NCBI GenBank assembly: GCA_040285825.1
Contig: JAUPSS010000002.1
Coordinates: 1,736,001-1,800,000 of the forward strand
Source of the DNA: Eukaryota sp. TZLM1-RC
Lineage: Eukaryota; Protista; Metamonada: BaSk clade
Reading direction: 5' to 3'
Length of the DNA stretch: 64,000 bases
Shown: positions 33,545 to 46,721 of the stretch, piece after piece
Layout: each line of letters starts with the position of its first letter
How positions within the stretch are numbered: position 1 is the stretch's first letter
Position numbers and translations under genes: made by a program
Notes under the pieces: model-generated
Told to the model about the DNA's origin: nothing
Database searches by the model: none
What the model saw: only the letters and a program-made list of their open reading frames with translations

Positions 33545-33629
33545 CAAGAACAAAAATTGATAAAGAAAAAACAATTCATTGATTCAACACAACAGTTTCA
33601 ACAATAGTTCATGGTATTGAAATTAAACC

Positions 33630-35128
33630 AAGTTATATTCAATTGATGCTATTTTTCATTGGGGTTCGTTGTGAGGAAATAATGATACAGTTACCAAAGA
33701 ATTGTTTGATTAGTTGAATTCAATTTCTGATAAAATTGACCAATTGATGAAATTGACTGTACAGAAACTTTTTGAATGACTTCCAAAAAATCGTTCAAGA
33801 AAAAACAATGAAAAGATTTGATATTTTTTATGGCGTTCTCGAATTCAATTTGCCATTATTAATAGATTACCTCGGTTTTTCAATCAAATAAGAGGAGCTT
33901 TAGCTAGACAGCAAGCAGATCAAGATTTTGTAGAGGAAATCTTGGTTCAATGATATTCGTCCCATTAGTTAAGAATTAATTTAATTAAGTGTGCATGCTC
34001 AATAAATATATACATGTACAGAAACATATCAATTTTTCCATTATAAGATTTTGATTCAATTCCAACTTGAATCAAATATTTCAAATCCCTCATCTGTAGG
34101 CCTATAGCCCAGAAGTTCAATGAATTACGTGCAAATGTTTTGTCACATCTACTAGGAAGTAAAATGTTCCAACTTCTGAGCATGCTTATCTTAGTCCACA
34201 TTATGGCGGTTTAGGTTGGACAAAGGCCTCTATTCTTACTTCATGTGCTTTTGTTGGGGATGTAGAAATGCATTATTTCAGTTTTCTGAAAGATTTGCAG
34301 ATTTGGAAGATTTTTTAATGAAAAGCCAAAGTTCTACTTTTTTTGCATCAAATGAAGAAATTTTACAAATCGATGTAGAAAAATGGAGTCGATTATTTCC
34401 CCAATCATTTAACTGTAATATTCCTGAAAAGAATTAATTAAATTTAAAATACACTCTTTGAACAATAAAGGAACGATTGACTGGAATCAAGATCTTCACT
34501 CATTGTTATTAGAGAAAAGTGTTTGTGAAAATCAGTCATCAGATTCTTCACTGTTTGTGACCATTGTGCCACGAAGATTTGAACTGTGTGCTAATAATGA
34601 AGCGTTTGTAACAAAAATGAGATTATATTTGAATATTCCCTTAATCAATTATTATTAAAAAAATGGATTTGCTTGAATTCCCCTCAGCTCACTTTGCGTC
34701 ATGCCATAAATTGTTCGAAATTGATAACTTCCCGTTCTTCATTACATGATGCTGTTAGAAACACTGTTTTTAATATGGCTCGAACTGCAAGAATTTCGTT
34801 TATCAAAGAACCTCTGCCGAAGGAAACACTGTCATTGACTAATTCCGGTTCTGATGATAGAGGTGATGTATACTGTGATTGGATTGAGAACTCTGAAGCT
34901 GTTGTTGACTTATTCTCCTGTAATGTTGCAAATGACACTTTGGTTCAAAGAAGAAAACTTAATTTTGTAAGTGCGTTTGAATTTAAAGCTAAAGAAAAAC
35001 ATAGAAAATATGACAAAGATATTGAAGAAGCTAATGCTGATAGAAATAGACCACTTGTTTTTTTTACTGTTTTTCCATTTTCTATAAATGGAAGACTATC
35101 AGTAGAAGCAGGAACTTTTTTGAATGCT
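33630..35128 (+). mobile_element. Rearranged CRE-like group I fragments
   Basis: A post-RT piece (~33630-33760), a 3' end (~33765-34010) and a GGLG-CCHC-RLE piece (~34040-35128), all similar to the 10418 and 26665 copies. Confidence 0.8.
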
Positions 35129-35386
35129 TTACAGAAACTGCATCCGATGCATCATCAATGCACTGTCGTAGAGTTTACCCTATTGTTTTTGGTGTTTGTG
35201 AAATGGAGAACGATACTTTATACAACAGGTGAAAGCAATCTTGATATTGATGATCTGTGGGGGTTAGACATTGAGTATACCTTAAATGTAATTTATTACG
35301 AGGAAATAAGGATTTCCCCAAACTTAAGCGCATGGGCGCAATGATACAAATACTATTAATAAACTATAACTAAACTATTATAAATA

Positions 35387-38300
35387 TTATCCAAGGCTAA
35401 CACTGCCCTTTCTTCTTTTCGAGCGTCGAGGCCTGATAGGAGTTGGATTAACATTATTGTTAATATTATCAGAACGACGTTTACGGCGTGAAGGACGAGA
35501 GCGAGTATTAGAAACAGACTTGGAGAATTCTTTATAGGCAGAGGTGTTTTGAACAGTCGAAACCAGCTCAGTGGTGATATGATTGCCAGGCCATTGGACT
35601 TGACAGTAACCACCATCCTGACTGAGGACTTTCTGGATCACGTGCTCTTCTGCATCGCCAGCAGCAACCCAGGAGTGAAGTTCATCATCTACTGGTAAAC
35701 TGGAATGCCAAGGTTGGAGGTGCTTCACACTGGCTTTAACGACCATACCAGTACACAGGTTCTTGATGTCAGCTGTGGAGGTAGAGGGTGTGTCAATAAC
35801 TAAGAATGGTCCTTTGTAGTTACCATGTAACTTAGCAGTGGAAGACGAAGCTCGTTTGACCAATTGGCCAGGAGAGAAAGGGTTGGCTTCGATTTGGGAA
35901 TCACGAGGAGGAGCCTTGGAAGCTTGACGAAGCTCTGCTTCCTCCTGTTTCTTCTTCAATCTGGCAAATTTGGATTGAATGTTGTTGATGTAGGTTGACT
36001 CAGACGTTGAGCTTTCGAGGGTCTCTATGATTTTGCCGGGGTCAGCTCTTGGGCTAAAATCTGAACCAAACATGAGCTCGTATGGAGAGTAACCTGTAAT
36101 CGAACTCTTGGATGAGTTGATTAACAATTGTACATAGGGTATGTACTCTGACCATGCGTCGTAGGCGTTAAAATCTACGAGCAGCTTCCTCAAATTCTGC
36201 AAAATGTCACGGTGACGGCGTTCGACTAAACCGTTGGACTGAGAGAAGTGAGGGACGGACTTTGAGACCTCTATGCCCAAAAACTCACATAGAGCGTCGA
36301 AGACAGCTTTAGAGAACTCAGGACCGTTGTCACTATGAACTATGAACGGGATCCCGAATATCGCGCATACCTTCCATATGAGAGCGTCAGCAGTAAGGTT
36401 GGCGTTGAGTTCTTTGAGAGGGACTATGATAGTGAACCTCGTGAAGCTATCCACAAATACAAGAATGTATCTGTGGCCGTCTTGATCTTCAGGAAGAGGA
36501 CCAATGACGTCGACGTTAACTCGTGCGAATGGTCTGTCAGCCCACAAGGAACCAGTTGTAGGGACATGCAGTTTGGGGACTGCTGCTGTCTTCTGACAGG
36601 AGGGGCATTCTTGGACGTGCTTGGTCATGTCTGAAAGCATGTTAGGCCACCAGTAGTCGCTGTTCTTGAGTCTGAGGAGACTTTCTGCCTTACTGGGGTG
36701 GCCACCTTGCGGGAGTCCATGTAGAAGGTTAAGCGTATCCTTAACCAGTGATTGAGGAATTCACGATCTTGTGCTCTGGAGTCAGATAAAGATCTAGACG
36801 ACTATCCAAAGTACAGTTGTTAAATGAGGTGTCCTGGATAGCGAGGGCTCGCTTCTGTTCGGACCTGATCTTGCAGAGCCATGGCTCGAAGAGTGGAAGG
36901 TCATTGGAGCATCTGTCTTGAAGGATGAGCACCTTCTCAAATGTATGGAGATCTTCAACGAAGCATCTCTCTGACTCAGTTTCGTCAATCCTATTTGTGT
37001 AGTAGATAGGGTGAAACTCTTGGTCATTAGAATGTACCAGGTGGTTGATGGTATGATTGTCTTGGGGCGGTACTATCCTAGATAGCATGTCTGCCCAATG
37101 GTTCTCTTCCCCTTTTGTATGAACTATGTCGAATAGGAACTCAGAAAAGATGGGAAGCCACCTTCTGACTATTCTGTTTTTGTTCGGAGCGGTGAGCATG
37201 TAAGTAAGGTTTTGGTGATCTGTGAAAATGATCAGGCGCCTTCATTTGAGGTAGTTCTCGAAGCCACTTTCGGTAAGCATGAGAAGGATAGCGTAAAGCT
37301 CTTTCTGTACCGTGGGCCAGTTCTGCTGGGAGTTAGTCAACAATCTGCTGAAGAAGCTGATTGGTCTACATTTCCTATTGAGTAAGGAAGTACCAGGGTC
37401 CTTAGTGGGTTCTATTTGTTCCCAAATCACGCCGCCAACTGCTATATCAGAGGCATCGCAACTAATTAGTACTTGGTTATCCACCGGAGGTAAGTTTAGA
37501 GGCATATGCTCCGCGATCAGACGTTTGATTTCGGCTAAATGGTGGTCGTGAGTGTCTTTCCACTGCAGGCGACGTGGTTTGCCGTGTGTTAATTTGATGA
37601 TCGGGGCAACATGCTTGGTTACCTGGGGAAGCCATTCCCTAATGAAGTTGACTGAGCCGATAAGGCTACGGGCGTCTTTCACAGTCTTAGGTCTGGGAAG
37701 ATTCAGTAAAGACTCTGTGCGTGTAGGATCAATGGTCCTGGTTTTGTGTTGGAATCTGCTACCAAGGATCTTTATTGGGTGTCTAGAGGACACAAAATGG
37801 CACTTGGGCAGTCCAAGGCTAACTCTACGGGTTCGAGCCTTCTCGAGGACACGTCTTAGACGTCCGAGGAACTCGTTGACAGTTCTACCTACTATGATGA
37901 TGTCATCTATATAGATGAATACACCGTCTCCGGAGAAGATGTCTGCCATAACGTTCTGGAAAACTGCAGGAACGTTCTTGAGGCCGAAAGCAGCACGTTT
38001 AAACATGATGCTTTTGCCAGGGATGCTTAAGGCAGTCTTCTCCCAGTCCTTTTCTGCAATCTTTAGTTGCCAAAAGGCTTTGGGGAGGTCAAGGGTGCCG
38101 ATGAAATTGGCTTCCGAAAGGAAGACTAGCACATCGGATATTCTGGGGAGATTAGGTTCAACGGGAATAGTGTTGGCGTTGACTCCGTCCTTGCCGCTGT
38201 AATCACCAGTAAGGCGAGGCTTACGATGATCAGGGTATACCACAAGACATACTGGAGAGCTGAACTCATGGTTCGATGGTACAGCAAATCCAGACTCGAC

Positions 38301-41300
38301 GAGTTCATCGAAGATCTGTTCGGCGACTTTCTGCTTCTCGGGGTTTAACCTACGAGGGGGTCGTCTGACTCGAATACTTTCATCGTGAAAGTTGATCTCC
38401 ATTGCAGGACAGTCAATCCCATCAGCATGCGGCTTAAGGGTGAATGTCTCTTCGAACTCTTTCAAGGTTAGAAGTAAGGTCTTCTTGTCGTTATCACAGT
38501 CGAGGTTAATAGTACAACCAGAAGACTGTATGTGCTCCAACCAACGTCTGGGGACGTTGACGACATCTGAGACTTGGGAGATTCGATGGTCGAATTCAGC
38601 CTCAGGCAGAAGTAATGTGCGATGTTCCTCATCCATCTTGATGAAGAGGCCTTCATCGTTCAATAAGCCTAGGTGATGCAACAGGTCTCTACCAATTAGT
38701 AACATATTGTTGCCAGGAATGATGGCCAAGCTATGTTTCACATGAACTAATTGGGTTACACTACCGAGTCTGAAGCTCAGTGTGCCTTCTGCTGATCCTA
38801 ACGACTTCGACATGATGTTGTTTGCAGACTTAAAGTTTATGCAATGGTTAGTCTTTACCATGTTGCATCTCTCTGCTAAATCAACAGTGATGACTGAAAT
38901 CGAAGCTCCAGAGTCGATGATCCCTTCTATTTCGCAGTTATTTATTGAAAATTTCAATTTTAAATTATTACGTGCGACATCTGAGGTGCGAACCATGAAG
39001 ATATCGCTGTGGGACTCTGAGTCTGGGTTCGAGTCGAACTCATAAATGAAACAGGGTTTATTTGGTGTTTCTATCGTTGTAGCTGTTTTAAAATTCCGGG
39101 TAGTCAAAGGATTAGTTAAGCACTTAATCCACTGGTTGGAGACTGAGGTTTGTTTTATGTTTGGTGTTTTACGTGCTGGAGAGCTGTCTTGCTCTATAGT
39201 AAACAAGGAACATTTGTTTGAACGTTGCTTTGATGTATTACCTGTTGGAGAGCTATCTTGCTCTATAGTAAACATTGAATATTTATGGGAACGTTTATTA
39301 CTACTAGAAGGGCCCTTGCCTCTTCCTCTACGTCTACCTCTGCCTCTACTACTACTATTACTACTACCCCTAGCCAAATATGCTCGAACGGCATCTGGGT
39401 TGGCTTCTCGCCATTGCTTGGATCGCTGGCAATCAGGGTCGGGACATTCGTTAATGGAGTGGCCTGGAAGACCACAGAATCTACAGAGACCAGCTTTATC
39501 TCTTTCTTTCTTAATTTGCGACTTGCTCCTTTTGGTAAGTTGAGCAGGGGCGACGCTGGAACCCGTAGGCTTAAAATTGCCTATTCTTTTCTTGTCCTTT
39601 GGGTTTGCTCTAACATAGTGACCCATATGTTGTTGATAGCTGTCACTGATGTTGGCCCTTTGCTCGTCATAGGATCTTGCTGAACACCAACTCATGTATT
39701 CAGCAGCAAGGATGTCGACAAATTGTTGTAAAGTATGGTGTTGCCAAACATTGGGTGTGGACCATACTGTTCTCAGGTTGTCACTGATGGCCTGAATACC
39801 AACAGAATCGATCATATGGGTTGCAATTTCCCAGTTTTGAATACTCTGTAGAAAGTGTTGACCATACAAGGCACGGTCGCTTGCCCTGACGTCAGAAATG
39901 GCAGTACTTCGTGAAACTGTTCTCATTAGCCTCACTGTGAAGTCGCCCCAGCGATTTCTAAAGTCCTGAATATTCCAATTCATCTGGACTCTATATAACT
40001 GATTCCTCGCCGTTTCTAATGTACTATACTGGCTGAGGTGTAAAATTGATTCCCATATTTGCTCCTCATTAATGTTGTCGATAGCTGAGATACTATCAGA
40101 CATAGACGAAAACCTGCCCTGAGCTCTAAGAGCGGCCAAGCACTCTGGAGTAACACAGGAGGCGATCCTACGAGGGTCGACTTGAGCAGCAGCTCTGAAT
40201 CGGTCCCACTCGTGAAGGGGGTTACCATATCTCTGATCGAGAGGGAGGTTCCGGTTTTCTCTGCTTATGGATTGAGGAGTGGCAGGAGGACGAGAACGTT
40301 CCTCAAGTTGCCTTCTTAATTCAGACACTTCTCTTGCTAGTCTGACTTGAGTAGGATCAGATTCATTGATGTCTCTCTCTTCAATGGTCCTCTCAGTCCT
40401 AGCATACAGAATAAATCTGTCGATGAATTTCAAGATCCTTACTGGGTCAGAGATATCGTTGACTTCCAGGGTGGGTTTTCTAGGTCGACCACCTCTTTGT
40501 CTATCTCTATCTCTATCTTGTGAACTCGCCATAGCTTCCATCAGTAGGGTGTTGGAATACTTGGGAGCTATGGGAGTGTTAGAAGGAGTTACTCCTAGGA
40601 GCCTAGGGTCCTGAGGAACCTGGGAAGGAGTTGATGGATCCTGAGATAGAACAACTACAGGTTGTTGCACTGGCTCAACAGTGTCAGTAGTTGCCATTGG
40701 CTCATCTTGTTGTTGGTCATCTTGAGGCTCAATGCTCAAAGATGAGAAAACTGTGTCTGTCTCAACTGGGTCAGGCTCAGAAGATCTCAATTCTACTGGG
40801 TCATGATCGCTCGGATAGTAACTTTGCACATTACCATCAACATTGACCCACAGAAGAGAACTAGAGTTGGTGACACCAATGTTCTCCTGTACATTCATCA
40901 GGGCGTCCCTTAGTGACCTATTCCTTCTATGCTCCGGACCAAAATATGACGCGCAATGGTCTGGTCTGCGGTCTTGAAGGTACAATCTTTGATAGTTCGT
41001 AGTGTAAGTGTACCACCATCCAGTCCTGAAGTCTCTATTGATATAAATATCAAGAGAGGCATTGTATCCAGGGCTAAACCTGGGGAAAGGACATGGGTTA
41101 CATCGGTTGAGGAAGAGATGCAGCTCATCACCAGCGAAGATCCTCTGTACACCTTCACGAGGAGTTCTGAACCCTCCAACAGTATCCCGTTGAGGATAAA
41201 TTGGAGGAGGGTCACAACGAACCGTAAGATTGTCTACTTCCTCCGTTGGGAAGTAGGGACCTATTCTTCTGCGGATCCTAAAGCCGTGATCATTAACCAC

Positions 41301-42533
41301 TTCTGGACCCCAAAATGGGGGTAAAGCAGCAATGAGTTCATTGGGAGGAATCGATGCAGGATCTCCTAACATTAACTCAATACCTGCATTGAGAACTAAG
41401 TTTTGAGCTTCAGTTCTCTGTTGGGTAGAGATGAAAGGAGAATCTGATTCCTGGGGCTGGCTTGGGGCTTGGTAGGTGTTAGGCTGTGCAGCACTAAGCA
41501 CCTGCCAAGCAGCAGGAACAGAAGAAACAACGTGACCTTGCTGAGGAGTCTGGCCAGAGGTTGGAGGGACATGAATTACTCCTCTAGTAGGAACTCCCGA
41601 AGGAGGAACAGGTGGAGTTGAATGGACTTCTGTTGGAGCTACCGTAGTAGGAGCAGAAGAATCAGGAAGGCCTGCTACAGGAACTTCTTGAGAAGGAGTA
41701 GTAGGATTTGGGCTACCAGCAGGGACTGCAGGAGGAGCTGGTTGTTGCGGAGGGCAGCTTTCCATAGGAACTTCCCTAGAAGGAATGGAAGGAGCTTGTT
41801 GTCCTTCCCCAGGAGCTTCCGTAGAAGAAGTAGAAGGAACTTGTTGTCCTTCCCCAGGAGCTTCCGTAGAAGAAGTAGAAGGAACTTGTTGTCCTTCCCC
41901 AGGAGCTTCCGTAGAAGAAGTGGAAGGAGCAACAGGAGCGCAAACAATAGGTGAAGAGGGAGGCTCAACTCTCTTGAGCTTCAACAGCTCAGATATCTTG
42001 TTGCTGGCTGAGTCAGGGTCAGTCTGGTTGATGATATACTTCAGATATTCATCTAAAGTACTGAACTGTTCAGGACCTAAAAGGGAATCTTCAACCTCTC
42101 CTTCAGAACCAGGGGGAGGAGAAAGAGGTACAAAGTTTTCCACATTAGCGGGAGGAACAGGAAGACTGATAGGAACCACAGGAACGTCATCCGTAGATGG
42201 AGTGGAACCTTGACCCGAGGGTTGAGAGGAAGTATCACTTCTCTCGTCGCCAGAGGGTTGTTCTGTTCCCAACTGAGGAGTTTGGGAGGAAGAACTTGTA
42301 ACATTGGGTTGTGTAACAGAATCTCCGGAGGGAGGAGTTAACACAGGAGGAGGAGAAGCATTGCTTCCCTCGGACCCAGTTGACAAGGGTTGTTCTGGTC
42401 CCGACTGAGGAGTTCGGGAGGAAGAACTCGAAGAGTGAGACGTAGGAGGATCAGTCCTAACAGTCTCGGAGTTGTCATTGGAACCACCCAAAGGTGATCC
42501 AATACGTATTGATGATCTGTGGGGGTTAGACAT
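35387..42533 (-). pseudogene. gag-pol polyprotein with an in-frame TGA (37242-37244) and a 1-nt insertion near 36760
   Basis: CRFCGLPGHSINEC, IIDSGA, YIDD, CDAS..TDH, HHCC/DDE integrase, C-terminal chromodomain-like EEHVIQKVL..QVQWPG. Confidence 0.9.
41785..41928 (-). repeat. 45-bp tandem repeat x3 in the gag N-terminal extension
   Basis: PSTSSTEAPGEGQQ(V/A) repeated three times. Confidence 0.9.
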
Positions 42534-42664
42534 TGAGTATACCTTAAATGTAATTTATTACGAGGAAATAAGGATTTCCCCAAACTTAAGCGCATGGGCG
42601 CAATGATACAAATACTATTAATAAACTATAACTAAACTATTATAAATATTATCCAAGGCTAACA

Positions 42665-43060
42665 ATATCAGATAACTGGACATTTTTGTATGCCCAACAA
42701 AAAGGAATGATTGATTCTGTAGGCTGTGTTTTTCTTGATCAGTGCCACAGATATTGCGTCAAACAATTGGCAGCTAATGTAGCAAAAAGATTTAGAAATA
42801 AGACTGTATTGACCAAAGTGTGGGAAACAGCTAGAGAAGAAAATCTGCGAAAGGTAAAAACGCTTAAATGAAGAAGATCTCATTGCCTTACTTAAGGGCG
42901 AATGTCATTGTTGTGAACCAGATGCTAGATATGAGGTGGAAGCACCGGAATTGCACTATCTTGAAAGGGAGAAGATGGAAGCATTGGATTGTGACATTAT
43001 GGTATCGGGGTTGTCTCCACTGGACGAGTTGTTACATTATTAGGTTTCAATTAAATATAT
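42665..43060 (+). pseudogene. MULE (Mutator) transposase remnant; its 5' part lies at ~35150-35247, split by the gypsy element
   Basis: VYPIVFGVCEMEN before the insertion and TFLYAQQKGMIDSVGCVF...HRYCVKQLAANV after it match the MULE domain pattern (FPxAFA..E.EN / SDRQKGL..AV..VF...HRxCxxHL..N). Confidence 0.7.
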
Positions 43061-43099
43061 GATTTTGATTGGATAATTAAAATGCATTTGTTTATGAAA

Positions 43100-45600
43100 A
43101 TTAAAAGACAACAGGTTTAATCACAGTTATCGACAATGTACGAGGTACTGAAAAACACAGTATGAAGATGATGACATAAAAATACTAAGTTCAAGTGCAC
43201 TAAAAGGGGTCCCATTTTGAAGGAACATTCATGAATCTTGAGATCGACCAAAATTTGCAAAGTGAAAAAGTCAAATAGACAAGTCAATTTTGTCCAAATC
43301 TCGTCATTTTTCATTGGTAATTAGAACACGCTGATTCTTTCAGCTGGAAAAACAACAGAAACCTGACCGTCGGTTCTCGGAATTGCGGTTGACCGTCTTA
43401 TTATGTAAATAAATTGCCCTATAAAAGTGTTCCAAATCACTTTGGCAGTTTTTCGACTAATTTCTGGGTACCTAGTCGCGCTTAAGGCTTGATTCACTTC
43501 GAAAATGGTCTTTTACTGGGTGTTTAATAACAGAAATTCCCAGATCCCGTGGTCGGTTGCGTTTGTCCCTAAGGGCTTTTCACGACCTTTTCAACAAGTT
43601 CGCCATTGCATCAAAACGGTACCTTCGATCATTTCGCTAATATAAAGAGGGTCAATCTCATACAACATGGTCCTAACGAAATCATATTCATGTACAGGTT
43701 GCCCATATTTAGCGAAGAGTTAAAAGCGCCTAATGAATCATCGCGGTCTCTTCTTGTCTTTGTCCAATTATCGAAATTGACTATAAACTTGGAATCGAAT
43801 CCATCATCCAGTTTCTTTAATTGTCTTTTCGTTTTTCGATTTTTTTGATTAATTTCTCCTCATCGGTTACAGGTTTATCATATAAGCCTGTGGAAAAGAC
43901 AAGAGGATCTCGCGGTGTTGTAGGTGCTGATGAGGTGCCTGTAGCTACAGGTACAGTTGATGGTATTGGTGCATTTTGTCCAGATGACGGAATCGCTGAC
44001 ATTCTTCTTCCTGGAAATGACACTACAGAAGGAGTTAAAAACATATTATTCACTCTCTCTGAAGGTAGCATTTCACTGAAGTCCAGGATATGTTTATATT
44101 TAGGAACTTCGTCTTGTTCTGAAAGTTTCTGGGTCTCAGGTTTAAGATCAGCCCAATCAGGAGCGCTCTTAGACCTTTGAGGAATCCCTTTCACATGGTG
44201 TTTATTAGGTAAGCAACTACCCTTGACTCAACATTTTGTCGAGAACTCTTTGGTCGGGGTTATTATCTACCCATGCCTTAAGTTTCGCAATCCATGCGTC
44301 AGAATACACCAATTTAATCTTGTTGGGTCTGACTCGTTGCTCTTTCAATTCAATGATTTTGGTTCCCTTAGTTCTAACAAAGGTTTCCTTATGATGAAAT
44401 TGGATAATGTCACCTCTATCCGCAACCAATCGGCCTCTCAACAGCAAGAGAACATCAATCATTCTGTCTCTTGGATGGACATTTTCAACTAGGAAAAGGT
44501 TTGCCGTTCCTCTGAGGGAACGACCTCTGTGATGGTGAGGATACATCTTGGCAATCCAAAACAACCTGTCCTCATACTCATCACTTCCTCGGATATAATG
44601 TTTTCCCATGCGGAGTCGTTCGTCAGGAATGGCATCTCTGTGCCAAAATCCAGGTTGCGGAGTAGCTGCCTGGTACTATCTATACTTATATATATACTGA
44701 TGACGCGGTGCGTCAAAGTAGCAATTTGCAGAATTTCAAGCTACAAAATTAACCGAGCTCTCCGAACATTGATCTAATCGTTTCACAAAATCAACTTCTT
44801 GATCTTGTTGTTCGAGAACTAAGTCGTCTTGCGTATATCCACGTGAGCTACCAAATAGGAAAAGCCAACGTTTCATTAGAAACTCTTCCATTTCCTCTAT
44901 ACAAGAAAAATCCACAATAATATTGGATTTATTCTGGATCGCAGCCACAAACTTATCATCGCTCCAATCTCTAATATCATCAGGTGGGCTAGCAATGATG
45001 GACTGAAAGAAGTCTCTAACCGTATGGGTGACTCTCTTCTTCAATTCTTGACAATAGAACTTTGGAAAAGTGTGTATTTCTGTTTCTGTCCATTGAATAT
45101 CAGAAGGGTCAGTGGGGGGTTTATCACCATCCCCATCTCCGGTCCCATCATTTGGGTTAGGTGTTCCCGTTTTAGCAGAGGTAACAGTAACAGAAGACGA
45201 GTCTTCATGAGCTTCTTCGGACGGGGAGGGAGGAGGGTCTGTGTAAGAGGTATGTTCTCCATCTCCTTCCGTCACTTTAGAAGGAAGCTGCTGGTTTCTC
45301 ACATCAAGAGGTAACTTCCTCTCGTTAGGGAGAATGTTGTTTGGGTCATAGGTGTGGTCGCCTATGTTTTTCTCCGTAGGAGGAGCATTCTTCACAAGTG
45401 AAGTGCTACTCTCCTCAGGGGGAGGATATACTCTTCCGAACGGAAGAACTACTTTTCCCGAAGGAAGGATTACTTTGCTTTGTAGGAGGTCTTTCCTAGT
45501 GAGGAGGATTGCTGTTCACATTATGGCCGTCCAAACCATTAACTGATGATGCTGTTGTAGTCATGATAAACAGTAGAATAATTTATTGAATTCACGGGCC
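43100..45600 (-). other. Unclassified GC-richer degenerate coding region, probably a mobile or viral remnant
   Basis: A chain of abutting or overlapping minus-strand ORFs (44736-45395, 44217-44609, 43817-44194) with no motif I recognise. Confidence 0.35.
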
Positions 45601-45779
45601 TTTATAAAAGCCATCACTAGTGAAGTATCTATGATAAATGTACTAGACTAATTGTCTATGGTACAAAAGATTGTTATAAATAAATATTAGTACTGAAAAA
45701 AAAAAGATTGTTATTTTGTTATATTTCATTATTATCATTTTTTCTTATTCACTTTAAAAGTTGCATGTCTCAGCAATAA

Positions 45780-46285
45780 TAGTAAATAATTACGAATCCA
45801 CAAGGTGACCAACAACAGATTATCATGTTTGTTCAAAGATCTTCTTGATTATTTTCCACATCTTCCAATTTCAATATCCTCAAACTCCACTCTTTCAATC
45901 CAAAACTTACCTACAGCATTTTCTGTATATTACCTTTCAAGTGATAACAACGAACTAGAAACCCGGCTGAGCATTCTCTTAAAGACAGCAAAATAAGCAA
46001 GGTTCCAAGTAAGGAGAAGACAAAAGAACATAGAAGTTTTTGGGTATTAAAATTAATAGTTGTCCCAGCATATATGATAATAATGGCCTTTTCAGCTCTA
46101 TGGAGAGGTGAATTATACGAGAATGCAAGAAGTTCATTTGAGCCATATGAAACATCTGTAGTTCGGACATCAATAATGATCATTGATCCATCAAGACCTT
46201 GAACTAACACATACATCGACTACCACCAAAAGAAGTTCTGTAAGAGGCATCAGCCAAATTAGAAGGCAATGGTTTTTAGTAGAAA
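45780..46285 (-). mobile_element. CRE-like group II 3' fragment
   Basis: GLDGSMIIIDVRTTDV..SPLHRAEK..CSFVFSLLG. Confidence 0.75.
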
Positions 46286-46289
46286 TCAA

Positions 46290-46650
46290 TTTTTTATTGC
46301 ACTTCAACACTTAATAAAATTAAATCAGAACTAATGGGACTAAATTCATTGAACGAAGATTTTCTCTCCAAAATCCTGTTCGGCTTGTTTTGCCTTGCCA
46401 TTGCTTCTTTTATTCGACAAAAGAACCTAGGTAATCTATTAATTAGAGCAAATTGAATTCCCGACCGCCACAAAAAGACATCAAATCTCTTCATTGTCTT
46501 TTCTTGAACCTATTTTCAGAAATGATTTAATTGTGTATTTCATGATATATTATTCGTTATTAGATAACTAAATATTGAAAAAATTTAGAAATCATTCAAA
46601 GAAAATTCCTGCTTCTACTGATAGTCTTCCGTTTATGGAAAATGGAAAAG
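46290..46650 (-). mobile_element. CRE-like group I 3' fragments
   Basis: MKRFDVFLWRSGIQFALINRLPRFF and AFPFSINGRLSVEAG pieces. Confidence 0.75.
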
Positions 46651-46721
46651 CTAGCACTAACACAAAAAGAATCTTTATAAACATAAATTAAACAAAACAT
46701 AAATATTAAACCAAAACTTCT

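Larger units (their letters stand above)
35248..42664 (-). mobile_element. Full-length Ty3/gypsy LTR retrotransposon (7.4 kb)
   Basis: 155-bp LTRs 35248-35402 and 42510-42664 that appear identical, TSD ATAT, minus-strand PPT aaaagaagaaagggcag, domain order gag-PR-RT-RH-IN. Confidence 0.96.

Noticed and set aside
37242-37244. Programmed readthrough or alternative genetic code at the TGA in gypsy pol
   Set aside because: It sits where Gly is expected (YLK-G-RR), so it is one substitution from GGA. Host genes end in TAA, TAG and TGA normally.
37312-42213. Plus-strand ORFs within the gypsy element (likewise those antisense to the Ca-ATPase)
   Set aside because: Antisense shadows of long coding sequences with no independent motifs.
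42490-42501. TGGATCACCT resemblance to the 16S rRNA 3' end
   Set aside because: Ten-base match inside the gag ORF with no other rRNA sequence; likely chance.
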